This document shows, in pieces, positions 17,737 through 27,861 of a DNA stretch of 32,937 bases. Source of the DNA: Methanomassiliicoccales archaeon. Its GTDB lineage: Archaea > Thermoplasmatota > Thermoplasmata > SG8-5. A program made the position numbers and the translations under genes. The notes under the pieces are model-generated. The model did not search any database, was not told where the DNA came from, and worked only from the letters and a program-made list of their open reading frames with translations. The stretch covers positions 1 to 32,937 of the forward strand of contig DAOVXH010000002.1 of NCBI GenBank assembly GCA_030636255.1, in the 5' to 3' direction. The number at the start of each line of letters is the position of its first letter. Position 1 is the stretch's first letter.

Positions 17737-19182
17737 TCAAGACTGGCTGGCTGCCACAACAGCTTCAACTGCTGCCATTGCTGCTGCAATCTTTTTATTT
17801 CCGCCCTGGGTCTTCTTTTCTTCCATGTACTTGATAACCTTGTCCATGATATTATTGTTTGGAATATAGCTGGTATCATAGATTCCTCCCTTGAAGACCG
17901 GGTCGTTCATTACAACTTCATGGAATGGAATGTTTGTCTTGACACCACCTATCTGGAATTCCCAGAGAGCACGCTTCATTCTTTCTATGGCACGTGGTCT
18001 GTCCTCGGCCCAGACTATTAGCTTTGCGCCCATTGAATCATAATATGGCGGGAACTTGTACCCTTGATATATTCCAGAATCAACACGCACACCTGGACCA
18101 GATGGCTCAGCATATCTGGATATGGTTCCAGGGCATGGCATGAAATTATTTGCAGGGTCTTCGAAGTTTATACGGCATTCAATGGAGTGACCTTTGACCT
18201 TAATGTCCTCCTGCTTGTATTCCAACTCAAGTCCAGAACCTACCCGGAGCATCTCTCTGGCTAAATCTACACCAGTAATCATTTCAGTAACTGGATGCTC
18301 CACCTGAAGCCTTGTGTTCATTTCCAGGAAGTAGTATTTTCCATCCTTGTACATGAACTCGCAGGTTCCGGCATTATAATAGCCAGCAGTATTTGCTGCA
18401 AGCTTTGCCTGCTCACCCATTTCCATTCTAATCTCTTGAGAAATTGCCTGGCTTGGTGTCTCTTCAATAAGCTTCTGGTTTCTGCGCTGGACAGAGCATT
18501 CTCTGTCATAAACATGAATTAAGTTTCCATGCTTGTCACCAATAATCTGGAATTCTACATGATGAGGTTCATGGATGTACTGCTCAATGAATACTGCATC
18601 GTCGCCGAAGCTGGATTTGGCTAATCTCCTGACCTTTTCCAGTTCTTCTTCCATCACGTCAGCACTATCAACCTTGACAATACCTATTCCACCGCCTCCG
18701 GCACTGGCCTTCAGCATAATTGGGTATCCTATCTCATGGGCTATGTCCTTGGCTTTTTCATGATCGGTAATAGCCTCGGTAACACCGGCCACAACATTTA
18801 CTCCTGCCTTTATCATGCTCTTCTTGGAATCAATCTTGGAGCACATTAGCTTCATGGCATCCACTGGCGGGCCAATGAATTCTATATTATTATCGGCGCA
18901 CATCTGAGCGAATTCGAAATTTTCAGCCATGAAACCATAGCCAGGATGAATTCCATCTGCTCCTGTGTCCAATGCAGCTTCAATAATCTTTTCCTTGACA
19001 AGATAGCTCTCTGCTGAGGGAGCTGGCCCAATGTGGACCTTTTCATCGGCATATCTCACAAAAAGAGAAGTCTTATCTGCGTCTGAATAAACTGCAACGG
19101 TTGGTATTCCCAGTTCCTTGCAGGCTCTCATTATTCGAATGGCGATTTCACCGCGGTTGGCAATCAGTACTTTACTAAGCAT
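17737..19182 (-). CDS. pycA: Biotin carboxylase subunit (pyruvate carboxylase subunit A)
   Basis: KVLIANRGEIA, IHPGYGF, LKASAGGGG.G, RECSVQRRNQK, FLEMNTRLQVEHPVTE and YYDSM.AKL; 9 nt downstream of pycB. Confidence 0.92.
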   Translation of the reverse strand: MLSKVLIANRGEIAIRIMRACKELGIPTVAVYSDADKTSLFVRYADEKVHIGPAPSAESYLVKEKIIEAALDTGADGIHPGYGFMAENFEFAQMCADNNIEFIGPPVDAMKLMCSKIDSKKSMIKAGVNVVAGVTEAITDHEKAKDIAHEIGYPIMLKASAGGGGIGIVKVDSADVMEEELEKVRRLAKSSFGDDAVFIEQYIHEPHHVEFQIIGDKHGNLIHVYDRECSVQRRNQKLIEETPSQAISQEIRMEMGEQAKLAANTAGYYNAGTCEFMYKDGKYYFLEMNTRLQVEHPVTEMITGVDLAREMLRVGSGLELEYKQEDIKVKGHSIECRINFEDPANNFMPCPGTISRYAEPSGPGVRVDSGIYQGYKFPPYYDSMGAKLIVWAEDRPRAIERMKRALWEFQIGGVKTNIPFHEVVMNDPVFKGGIYDTSYIPNNNIMDKVIKYMEEKKTQGGNKKIAAAMAAVEAVVAASQS

Positions 19183-19191
19183 CTGACTCCC

Positions 19192-21027
19192 TCACTCGAT
19201 TCTCATCATTATAGCGCCGGTCTCAAGCATGTCACCCTCTGCAACGTAGAGTTCCTTGACCTCGCCTTCCCAGTCAGATTCCACATTGCTTTCCATCTTC
19301 ATGACTTCCAGGATGGCCACAACATCGCCCTTCTTCACCTTGTCGCCTACCTTGACCTGGAGCTTCCAGAGATTTCCCTGGCATCCGGTCTTTTGCATAC
19401 CAGGTGCATTTGGGTCTGGGCCAGATGATGGGCAAACTGCTGCGCCTCCACTGGCTGCTATGAATCCGCCAGTTGGCTCAACTTTAACTTCAAAGAACTC
19501 TCCATCTACCTCAACATTAAACTCTGTTGGTATTGGAGCCGGTCCTGCGACCTGCCTGGCCTCTGGAGGTTCTGTCTCGATATAAACATCTGGCAATTCT
19601 GGGAATAAACTTTTCACCATTGCTCTTGTTGCTGGGTGATCCTTGTTAAGTGGAAGTTCGTCAGATGTAAATTCTGGAATTGCCTCGCCCAGGAGGAATT
19701 TTAAGCCCACTTCTGGGAACAATGTGTATGTCATTATGTTCTCGTCAGTCATGTCAATGCTTGGTGCCTTTTCTGCTAATTCACTCTTTCTGACATCCCA
19801 CATGTTCTTGTCCACAAGGTCTGCTGGCCTGCAGTCAATGACTTCATCCTTCCAGTTAGGCCCCAATACAATTTCCATAATCTTTGGGTCTATTGGGCCT
19901 GGGGACTTGCCGTACATTCCTTTACAGTAATCAATTGTTTCTTTTGGTATCTTCTCGTATCTGCCGAAAAGAACGTTCATGACCGCCTGAACACCAACAA
20001 CCTGGCTGGTTGGAGTAACAAGCGGAGGGTATCCGAGTTCTTCACGGACCTTTGCGGTCTCATCAAGAACCAAGTAAAATTTATCTGATGCCTTTTGCAT
20101 CTCCAACTGGCTAACCAGGTTGGACAGCATTCCACCAGGTATCTGATGAACCATAACTGATGGGTCAACCTTCATGGCCTCATGACGAACAAGATGTCTG
20201 TACTTGTGCCAGATTTCCATGAAGTATTTTCTGATCTCAATAAGCTTGGCAAGGTCATAACCTGTATCATATTTTGTGCCCTGAAGTGCTGCAACAACAC
20301 TCTCTGTTGGAGCGCCACCGGTTCCACCTGATATAGGGGACATTGAAGTGTCTAATACATCAACGCCAGCTTCACATGCGGCCCAGTATGAGAGACCGGT
20401 CATTCCACTGGTATAATGGCTGTGTAAATCGATTGGTGCCTTTCCTCCGGCATCCTTGTAACCTCTGATTATTCCATCAGCATACTTTGGAGAAATCATG
20501 CCTGCCATATCCTTAATACAAACTGACTGGCAGCCCCAGCTTTCAAGCTTGAGCAGGTCATCAACATATCTCTCAATTGTGTGAACCGGACTGATTGTGT
20601 AACTTATGCAGCCCTGGGCATGTCCTCCCTCTTCGAGGACTGCCTTGATTGGAACCTCAATGTTCCTCATGTCATTGAGTGCGTCGAAGATACGGAAAAC
20701 ATCAACACCATTCTTCTTAGCCAGACCTACAAACCTGCGAACAACATCATCAGGGAAGTTCCAGTAAGCAACAATGTTCATTGCCCTCTCCAGCATCTGA
20801 GTTTTGGTGTTTGGCATTACTGCCTTCAGATCCCTCATTCTTTTCCATGGGTCTTCATTAAGGAAACGAATTGGTACATCGAACGTGGCACCACCCCAGA
20901 CCTCCATGGACCAGAAACCTATTTCGTCCATTTTCTCTGCAATCGGGAGCATGTCCTCCGTTCTCATCCTAGTCGCAAGAATCGACTGATGCGCATCTCT
21001 TAGAGTTTGATCGTGTAATTCTACCAT
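19192..21027 (-). CDS. pycB: Pyruvate carboxylase subunit B / oxaloacetate decarboxylase alpha family (carboxyltransferase plus biotinyl domain)
   Basis: LRDAHQS, EVWGGATFD, RIFDALND, IKDMAG, LHSH, HQIPGGMLSNL and LVTPTSQ; biotin-lysine motif EVMKME. Confidence 0.9.
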   Translation of the reverse strand: MVELHDQTLRDAHQSILATRMRTEDMLPIAEKMDEIGFWSMEVWGGATFDVPIRFLNEDPWKRMRDLKAVMPNTKTQMLERAMNIVAYWNFPDDVVRRFVGLAKKNGVDVFRIFDALNDMRNIEVPIKAVLEEGGHAQGCISYTISPVHTIERYVDDLLKLESWGCQSVCIKDMAGMISPKYADGIIRGYKDAGGKAPIDLHSHYTSGMTGLSYWAACEAGVDVLDTSMSPISGGTGGAPTESVVAALQGTKYDTGYDLAKLIEIRKYFMEIWHKYRHLVRHEAMKVDPSVMVHQIPGGMLSNLVSQLEMQKASDKFYLVLDETAKVREELGYPPLVTPTSQVVGVQAVMNVLFGRYEKIPKETIDYCKGMYGKSPGPIDPKIMEIVLGPNWKDEVIDCRPADLVDKNMWDVRKSELAEKAPSIDMTDENIMTYTLFPEVGLKFLLGEAIPEFTSDELPLNKDHPATRAMVKSLFPELPDVYIETEPPEARQVAGPAPIPTEFNVEVDGEFFEVKVEPTGGFIAASGGAAVCPSSGPDPNAPGMQKTGCQGNLWKLQVKVGDKVKKGDVVAILEVMKMESNVESDWEGEVKELYVAEGDMLETGAIMMRIE

Positions 21028-21136
21028 CCAGACACCTTCAAGTAAGTTGGTTGTGGCGCTGTAATAAACATATATAATTAAATGTTTCTATTATAAGGAC
21101 ATTTTAAACCATAATTGTTAGATGTAATAAAAAAAA

Positions 21137-24100
21137 TTAAAACTTCAAAGCAACCTTTTTCTTGGCAACTCTTGGAGCTTCATCTTTCTTTTCTTCGGCA
21201 GGTGGCTGAACTGGAGGTGTTGGTGGTTTTTCTTCTGGCTTGTCCTTTATTGTATCGCCATCCTCATCTACAGGTACCGGTTTCACTGCTGTTGGCTTGT
21301 CTAAATCGTCTATAATATCTTCCGAGGCAGTTTCGTCCATCTTTTCTGTATACTCGGTTCCACATCCAGTACACTTGCCGAACCTTCTTGCACAAAGAGA
21401 GTGATATTCATTGCCGCAGGAGCATCTTACTATGTCTGTACCAGCTTTTGCCTTGCCCATGCAGATATCGCACTTGGTATCTACTGTGGCCTTCAATTCT
21501 TCGAATGTTGATTCAACTGATGGTTTGGCTGCTTCAACCTTTGCTTCCATGACAAATACATGATCGCTTACCTCATCCTCGAAGACCTTGCCATCCATTA
21601 TTCTTGTGGATGATAATTTGATTATGACTGGAACATCTCCAAGTGTCTCAAATTTCATCTTCATCTTCTGGATTATTTCACCGCCGCCGCCTCTGAGAGT
21701 CTCGATTGGTTTAAAGCCACCAATGGAAATGTCTCCAATGATGTTTACTTCCACATCCTTGGCAAGGGCCTTTCCCTGATTTTTGATAACCAGGTCTGTA
21801 TCAACCCATTCTCCCTTCTGGACCTTATCTACAATTATGTCTGCTACAAGCTGTGGTCTGAAGGCATCTACTTCATTGTTTACTACCTCAATGGTCTTTT
21901 TCATTGTGGCCAGTGCCATCTGATAATCCTTATCTTTCTGGTCTTTTGCCTGGTCAAAGAGTGTCTGAGCTTCCTTCACATTGATGCCAAATTTCTTTGA
22001 ATTGGAAATGATTTTATCGGCTTCGTAGGTAAGTTCAATAAACTCTCTCTCGAAACCCTTCTCAAGGTCTATGGCATCTTTGGATTTCTCCACATGCCCA
22101 ATAGCCTCCCTGTATTTACCCTGATCAAATGCAGCCTTTGCCTTGGTCAGAAGTTCCTGACTGGCATCTATGTCAGCACCAACCTGCTTTGCATGTTCCA
22201 TTGCACGCTCTGATTGCGAATAATGGTCCTCGAAGAATGCCTTTAATTTACCCTGAATATCCTCCAAGGTGGTGTTTATCTTCTCACTGGACACTTCAAA
22301 TTTGCCAGTATCCAGGAAGGTCTTTGCCTCTGCTAGAAGTGAGCTCGAACCTGCAACATCTATGCTATACTGGCTTGCAAGGTCACTTAATTTGTAGGTT
22401 CTTGAAAGTTGTGTGGTAAGATGTGAATTGGACAGTCTCCTGGCCTCCAAAGCACCCTCCCTGGCAATTTCGGTGGCAGTCCGGTAATCATTGCCTGCCT
22501 TTGCACTTTCTGCATCAGCCAGAAGTTTTTCGGCGATTGCCACATCTGCCTTGATATTCTTGGCAGAGTTAATCTGGGCATTAAGAGTTTGGATAGCCTC
22601 CATTGTCTCACTGTAATCTTCGCTAACCTCATGAAGTTCATCCCCACTTTGGATAGCTTGTTCCAGGGCCTTGACATAATTTCCTTTCTTCATCTCATCC
22701 CTGGCCTGGGAGATTATGGCCTTTGCTTTCTTGGATACAATGCCTATGCCCTCTGCCTCTTTGAGTTTATTTTCGGCTGTGCTTATGGCCTTCTCGGCCA
22801 TCTCCTGCTGGAGGCCAACCTTCTCAAGTTCACCTTCACTCTTCATTGCCTCTGACAGGGCTGTTTTATATTCCTTATTATTGAAAGCATCGGTGGCTTT
22901 GTCCATGAGTTTTTCAGCCGCATTAACATTAATTCCTTCCAGCTTTGCCTTTTCAATTGAAACCCTGAATGCTTTTATTGTATCGGAAACATGTGCTTCT
23001 ATAGCCTTTCTGGATTCTGAAGCACTTTTAACTGCCAGGTCAATTGCCTGCTGATAGTTCGAATTGTTAAGCTCGGTGAGTGCACCCTCGAGCAATTTTT
23101 TGGACTCAGGCATACTAGCATGAAGAGTATCACCATCATTCAAGGCATCCTGGGCATTCTTGAGTTCCATGGCTGCCTTCTTGCTGAAATTTCTGATATC
23201 TTCAAGCTCAAGTTTCACCTGCTTGGCCTGCTCAACTGCTTCCTTGAAATTTTTACCACCAAAAGCACTTCTTGCTGATTCGAGCCGTTCTTCCTGTGCA
23301 GTGATTGCCAGATTCAGGTCCTTGGCATCCATCAATGTAGATTGTGTTGCTGATATCAAATTTGAAATTCCTGGTTCGATGATTGCCAGTGTATCCTTCT
23401 CCAGCTTATCTGCAAGTGGTAATGCATCTGTTTGATTTTGAGCCTTGATGTGATTGGATAGCTCATGGGCATTGCCTTCAAGATCACCAGCTTCTATCTC
23501 CAGCTCTTTCATAAGCGCAAGGCTTTCTTCAACAAAGCTGAGTTTGCTGGCTGCAGTGTAAAGGTTCAGCATAACTTCTGTTTCCTCTTTTGCCTTCTCA
23601 GCTTCCTTGAGTGCATTTTCATAATCAAATCTCTCGAACATGCCCTTTGCAGAAAGAAGGATTGCCATTGCTTCTTTTACATCGACCTTGTTCTTCTTGG
23701 CCTCTGCAAGTATTGCGGCTGCCTGATTAATTGCATCATAGGACTTCTGGTGGAAGTCAATCTGTCTTTCAGCAGAATCCTTTGCCCCCTTGCTCTCCAT
23801 GTGGGTTGTGAAGAAATCGGCCTTGGAAAATGCGGTCTTTGCTCTCTTTAATGCCTCTTTCATGTCTGAAATATCAATTCCCAGCTTCTTGGCCTCGATG
23901 GCAGCCAGTTTACCCTCGCCAAACATTCGCTCGGCTGCTACATATTGCTGGTTCTTTGCATCTGAGAGGGATTTTTCAGCATCAACCAAAACACTGGAAA
24001 AGTCCCTGTTATTCATCATATCATCGCATTTATTGCTTGTATTTTCAAGTGCCTGAACATCACAGCCCATCTTCTTTGCTACGGTTAAAGCCAAGTTAAG

Positions 24101-25879
24101 GTCAGAGACCATGGCCCTGGCCTTCTGAGATTGGCTGGTCTCAAGCATATTGAGTGCCTTGTCTGCAAGCTCGAAGGATTTGTCATAGGCATTCTTGTCA
24201 AATTCCTCTTTTGCAGAGTCCAAGAGCCCCTGAACCATATTTACATCAATATTCTCTGCATCGCATATAGCCAGTTCTGCAGAAGCAATGGTATTGGACA
24301 CATGGATTTTGATAATATCTTCAGCACGCTTGGTACTATCAGCAGAAAGCTCAATGGCCTTCTGATAATTGCCAGATTTAGTTGCATCAATAGCCTGTTT
24401 CATCATTGACTCTGGCTCTTTTAAATTTGCTCCGAGCCTGTCCCCGGCACTTATTACCAGTTCTGCAATTTCAATACATTCAGTGGCAAATGAGTAGAGG
24501 GCACTGCCCAGTTCTTCCTTTGCCTGTTTAACATATGCCTGGACAGATTCAAAATCCCTTGCCTCAAGAGATTCTTTTGCAGAAGATATGGAATTATCCA
24601 CATTGGACATCTCGGCACCAAGTTCCCGTGCAATTGTAATTTGCTCGTCAATACTTGCAATTGTGTTCTCGATGTCTTCATACTCGCCGACTATCTCGTC
24701 CACAACATCATCGCCCTTATTGGCCATCTCAAGGGCAATTGCGAAATCACCATCTTTCAGGGCATTCTTTGCATTATTTAGAAATTCCATTGCTCCACTG
24801 AGGTCTGCACCTATTTTGTTTGCTGCAATGAATTTAGATCTTGATTGTGATATTGTCCCCAGAACTCTCTGGAACTGGGCATTGTATATTTCAGATTCTA
24901 GCTCCTTCATGGCCTCAATAGAATCAAGATAATTGCCCTCTTTCAAAGCAGATTTGGCAATGCTCATTATCTCGACAGACTTGTCCACATCCGATTCTAT
25001 CCGCTCGGCTTCCTGAATCTTCAATGCATGGCCTTCAAGGGCATCGCTTATTGCACGATTAAGAGTTTTTTCTGCTTCAGACTTTGAAAGCCTGGCAGAG
25101 CTCATAGCGGCTTCAAGGTTTGCGGCGGTTATCTCATCCTCTGTACGAGTTATGAGTTCTGAAACCTTTTCAACGTCTGTATCAAGCTCCTTGGCTGTGA
25201 TTAAATAACTTTTTGCCTCATCTAGAATCTCATCTACCTGGGATGAAAGTTCTGAACCAACAGATTCCATGCATTCCTTGAGTTTCTCCAGTGACACAAA
25301 GTAATCCTGTGATTCCATGGACTTCCTTGCCTGTTCCAGCATATCTTCGCTGGCAGATACATCTTCACCCATATTTCTCGCAAGCACAACCATGGACTGG
25401 GCCTTGGAAAATGTCTCGGAAAGATGCTCCTGTGCAACCTTCTCAAGTGCACCCCAGCTCTCCTTTGCCAGGTCCATTGCAGTTCCATAATCTTTTTCTT
25501 TAAGAGCCTTTTTTGCCTCTTCTAATACCTCTAGGCCATCTCCGCAATCTGCACCTACTTCTTTTCCAAGCTCGGCAAGTTTGTCAACTGAATCAATAAT
25601 AGACTGAACACCATCTGTAAAACATTTCTGGGCAGTATCTTTTGCCTGGATTGCTTGGCTAAGCGCATCTTTGTATTCCTTATCCTGAATTGAAGCACTG
25701 GCAATAACAAGAAGCTCTTCAGCTTTTGCTATATTGATATCAGAAACCTTGGCAGATTTAATTATGCCTTCTGCTATTTGCATCTCATCTTCAGCTTGCT
25801 GGCGATTCTTCTTTTCTTCTTTTGCTTTTTCTTCCAGCTGCTTAGTGAGTTGCATGGCCTTCAGATAACTGCTTGTCAC
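21137..25879 (-). CDS. Giant alpha-helical repeat protein (~21 units of ~60 aa) with an Ig-like domain, a C4HC3 RING-like finger and a disordered tail
   Basis: Recurring 'AK..G.DV..A..LL..A..A...GDY..A...A' units over ~1340 aa; beta-rich 'LVIKNQGKALAKDV' domain; finger CDIC-x12-CSC-x4-H-x2-C-x6-CTGC. GTG start. Confidence 0.85.
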   Translation of the reverse strand: MTSSYLKAMQLTKQLEEKAKEEKKNRQQAEDEMQIAEGIIKSAKVSDINIAKAEELLVIASASIQDKEYKDALSQAIQAKDTAQKCFTDGVQSIIDSVDKLAELGKEVGADCGDGLEVLEEAKKALKEKDYGTAMDLAKESWGALEKVAQEHLSETFSKAQSMVVLARNMGEDVSASEDMLEQARKSMESQDYFVSLEKLKECMESVGSELSSQVDEILDEAKSYLITAKELDTDVEKVSELITRTEDEITAANLEAAMSSARLSKSEAEKTLNRAISDALEGHALKIQEAERIESDVDKSVEIMSIAKSALKEGNYLDSIEAMKELESEIYNAQFQRVLGTISQSRSKFIAANKIGADLSGAMEFLNNAKNALKDGDFAIALEMANKGDDVVDEIVGEYEDIENTIASIDEQITIARELGAEMSNVDNSISSAKESLEARDFESVQAYVKQAKEELGSALYSFATECIEIAELVISAGDRLGANLKEPESMMKQAIDATKSGNYQKAIELSADSTKRAEDIIKIHVSNTIASAELAICDAENIDVNMVQGLLDSAKEEFDKNAYDKSFELADKALNMLETSQSQKARAMVSDLNLALTVAKKMGCDVQALENTSNKCDDMMNNRDFSSVLVDAEKSLSDAKNQQYVAAERMFGEGKLAAIEAKKLGIDISDMKEALKRAKTAFSKADFFTTHMESKGAKDSAERQIDFHQKSYDAINQAAAILAEAKKNKVDVKEAMAILLSAKGMFERFDYENALKEAEKAKEETEVMLNLYTAASKLSFVEESLALMKELEIEAGDLEGNAHELSNHIKAQNQTDALPLADKLEKDTLAIIEPGISNLISATQSTLMDAKDLNLAITAQEERLESARSAFGGKNFKEAVEQAKQVKLELEDIRNFSKKAAMELKNAQDALNDGDTLHASMPESKKLLEGALTELNNSNYQQAIDLAVKSASESRKAIEAHVSDTIKAFRVSIEKAKLEGINVNAAEKLMDKATDAFNNKEYKTALSEAMKSEGELEKVGLQQEMAEKAISTAENKLKEAEGIGIVSKKAKAIISQARDEMKKGNYVKALEQAIQSGDELHEVSEDYSETMEAIQTLNAQINSAKNIKADVAIAEKLLADAESAKAGNDYRTATEIAREGALEARRLSNSHLTTQLSRTYKLSDLASQYSIDVAGSSSLLAEAKTFLDTGKFEVSSEKINTTLEDIQGKLKAFFEDHYSQSERAMEHAKQVGADIDASQELLTKAKAAFDQGKYREAIGHVEKSKDAIDLEKGFEREFIELTYEADKIISNSKKFGINVKEAQTLFDQAKDQKDKDYQMALATMKKTIEVVNNEVDAFRPQLVADIIVDKVQKGEWVDTDLVIKNQGKALAKDVEVNIIGDISIGGFKPIETLRGGGGEIIQKMKMKFETLGDVPVIIKLSSTRIMDGKVFEDEVSDHVFVMEAKVEAAKPSVESTFEELKATVDTKCDICMGKAKAGTDIVRCSCGNEYHSLCARRFGKCTGCGTEYTEKMDETASEDIIDDLDKPTAVKPVPVDEDGDTIKDKPEEKPPTPPVQPPAEEKKDEAPRVAKKKVALKF

Positions 25880-26070
25880 ACCTTCAACTCCATCATCGTA
25901 TTATTTAGCAGGGCACCCATCCCTTGCTAAACCTAGCCACGACTGCGTTATTCTCAACATATAAATATTAATATATATAATTATCGACTAATTACGCGTT
26001 TATATAGTATAAGCAGGGTTTTTTCCCAAATTTGCCATAGAGAGATAGCCTTTTATTTGAAAAAGGGATT

Positions 26071-26925
26071 ATGAACTTCGAAAACATGACATATACTGAG
26101 TTCCTCCTATTGCTTTTTACAAGTATTAGCATAGGTTTGGTCATTGGTCTCTACCTGTTCGGTAATTTCAAGAACATCACTATATTGGAAGCACTCAATG
26201 GATTTAAAAAGAATTTCAAATATGTGCTTGGCCTTGGGCTTATCCTACTGGCAATAGTTATAGAAAATGCAACCCATACTATTCTTGATCCATTCACTAC
26301 TGATTACACACCTCTGATATGCGCACTCAGCATGAACGGTGCAATAGTGGAAGCAGTTCAGACCTTCAGAACACCTGCCATGGACATGTTCTTCATAGTG
26401 ATTTACATTTATTTTTACATATTCATGCTTCTTTTTACACCACTTCTTTATGCTGTGCGAGACGATAAGAAACATATCAAACAATATATGCTGGCAATGC
26501 TTATTGCATATGCAATAATGATGACATTTTACTTGCTATTCCCTGTGAAAACAACAGGTCAATCCGGGCTCATCAATGCATACCCTGTGCTTTATTCAAA
26601 TCCCAATCTCCTGGAGTTCGTGCTGGCCTTTGACCCCCTTGATAATTGCTTCCCAAGCGGTCATGTCGCAGGTCCTGTGCTGACTACTATGCTTCTGTTT
26701 CCTATCAGGGATCATAAGAATTACAAAAGATTTGCCTACTTTACCCTGATAATCAGTGCACTGGTTATTATGTCGGTAATATACCTTGGAATCCACTGGG
26801 AAATTGACGTAATTGCAGGAATAGGTGTTGCATTCATTTCAGTCTGGCTGGTAAGAAATAAGAGATTTAGAGAATCACTTGATACATTTTTGATAAATAT
26901 CAAATTCAAAAGCAATAATAGATAA
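26071..26925 (+). CDS. PAP2-superfamily membrane enzyme (PAP2_3 / IPC-synthase-like phosphatase or phosphotransferase)
   Basis: Multiple TM helices; motifs YLLFPV, NCFPSGH and YLGIHWEIDVIAG. Confidence 0.88.
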   Translation: MNFENMTYTEFLLLLFTSISIGLVIGLYLFGNFKNITILEALNGFKKNFKYVLGLGLILLAIVIENATHTILDPFTTDYTPLICALSMNGAIVEAVQTFRTPAMDMFFIVIYIYFYIFMLLFTPLLYAVRDDKKHIKQYMLAMLIAYAIMMTFYLLFPVKTTGQSGLINAYPVLYSNPNLLEFVLAFDPLDNCFPSGHVAGPVLTTMLLFPIRDHKNYKRFAYFTLIISALVIMSVIYLGIHWEIDVIAGIGVAFISVWLVRNKRFRESLDTFLINIKFKSNNR

Positions 26926-26926
26926 A

Positions 26927-27808
26927 TTATGCCGGTATGATTGACACTACTGTAATCTTGAAGACCAGTGTTTTTCCAACAACCTCTTTATTGTAATCCG
27001 CTGTATATGTACCTTCACTCAGATTAACATCAGTAATAAGGAACTGCCCTATCTGGTCAATTCCAGACAACTCGCCTTCATCTTCGGAACTTAAGAGATG
27101 CTTAATTACTATCTCTCCAGTTCCATTGTTTACATTTGTATCTATGGATATCACCTTGGAATTCCAGTTACCATCAATGCTCACTATCTCCCCTACCATG
27201 GGGTTATGTTTGAGCATTATATGCTGTGATACCGGGTCAATATAGAAAACCGTCATGTTCCAGCCATAAACATTGCTTTCTACAGTTGTGCCAACTATTG
27301 GTTCCACCTGATAGATTTCCTGGAAAGCCGAGTAATTGGTTAACCAGTCATAGATTGGTACGGTCTGGGTGAGTGGCCTTGTTTCAATTAGATCCTCATT
27401 TGCATAGCCATATGCCTCTTCTGTAGGTATTGTGAGCATCCTTGTCTGATTGATGCCCATTCCTACTACTCCATTATCGAAACCCTGTATCATCTGACCT
27501 TCACCTACTGTGAAGCTCAATGGATTGAATGGAGCGGTAGAAGAAAAGGAGAGGCTTTTTGGATATAGCGTATGGTTTTCAGCAACGCTCTGGAGAGATG
27601 TATCAAATACTGTTCCATCCTCGAACATGCCTACGTAATCGACACTTATCTGGTCACCTATTTGAACGGTGAGTCCAGATTCCACTGGATCATGGGTTGT
27701 TGATAATGCACCATATGCGGCATAACCACCTGCTATCACCAGTGCTACTACAACGATGAAAGCTATTGCCATAAATTCCCATCTTTTCCAGATGCTGTCA
27801 TTTGCCAT
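26927..27808 (-). CDS. Membrane-anchored FKBP-type peptidyl-prolyl isomerase with a long flap insertion
   Basis: N-terminal TM; GD.ISVDYVG.FEDGTVFDTS, FTVGEGQMIQGFD..V.GM, IPTEEAYG and C-terminal DYNKEVVGKTLVFKI. Confidence 0.9.
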   Translation of the reverse strand: MANDSIWKRWEFMAIAFIVVVALVIAGGYAAYGALSTTHDPVESGLTVQIGDQISVDYVGMFEDGTVFDTSLQSVAENHTLYPKSLSFSSTAPFNPLSFTVGEGQMIQGFDNGVVGMGINQTRMLTIPTEEAYGYANEDLIETRPLTQTVPIYDWLTNYSAFQEIYQVEPIVGTTVESNVYGWNMTVFYIDPVSQHIMLKHNPMVGEIVSIDGNWNSKVISIDTNVNNGTGEIVIKHLLSSEDEGELSGIDQIGQFLITDVNLSEGTYTADYNKEVVGKTLVFKITVVSIIPA

Positions 27809-27861
27809 GTGTAATCCTCAAGCCTCTTATTCTTTGAATTTCCGATGAAATTCATTTGTTT

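Noticed and set aside
21137-25879. SMC/Rad50 or methyl-accepting chemotaxis protein annotation for the giant helical ORF
   Set aside because: No Walker A/B or signature motif, no hinge and no MCP hairpin; the sequence is short helical repeats rather than one long coiled coil.
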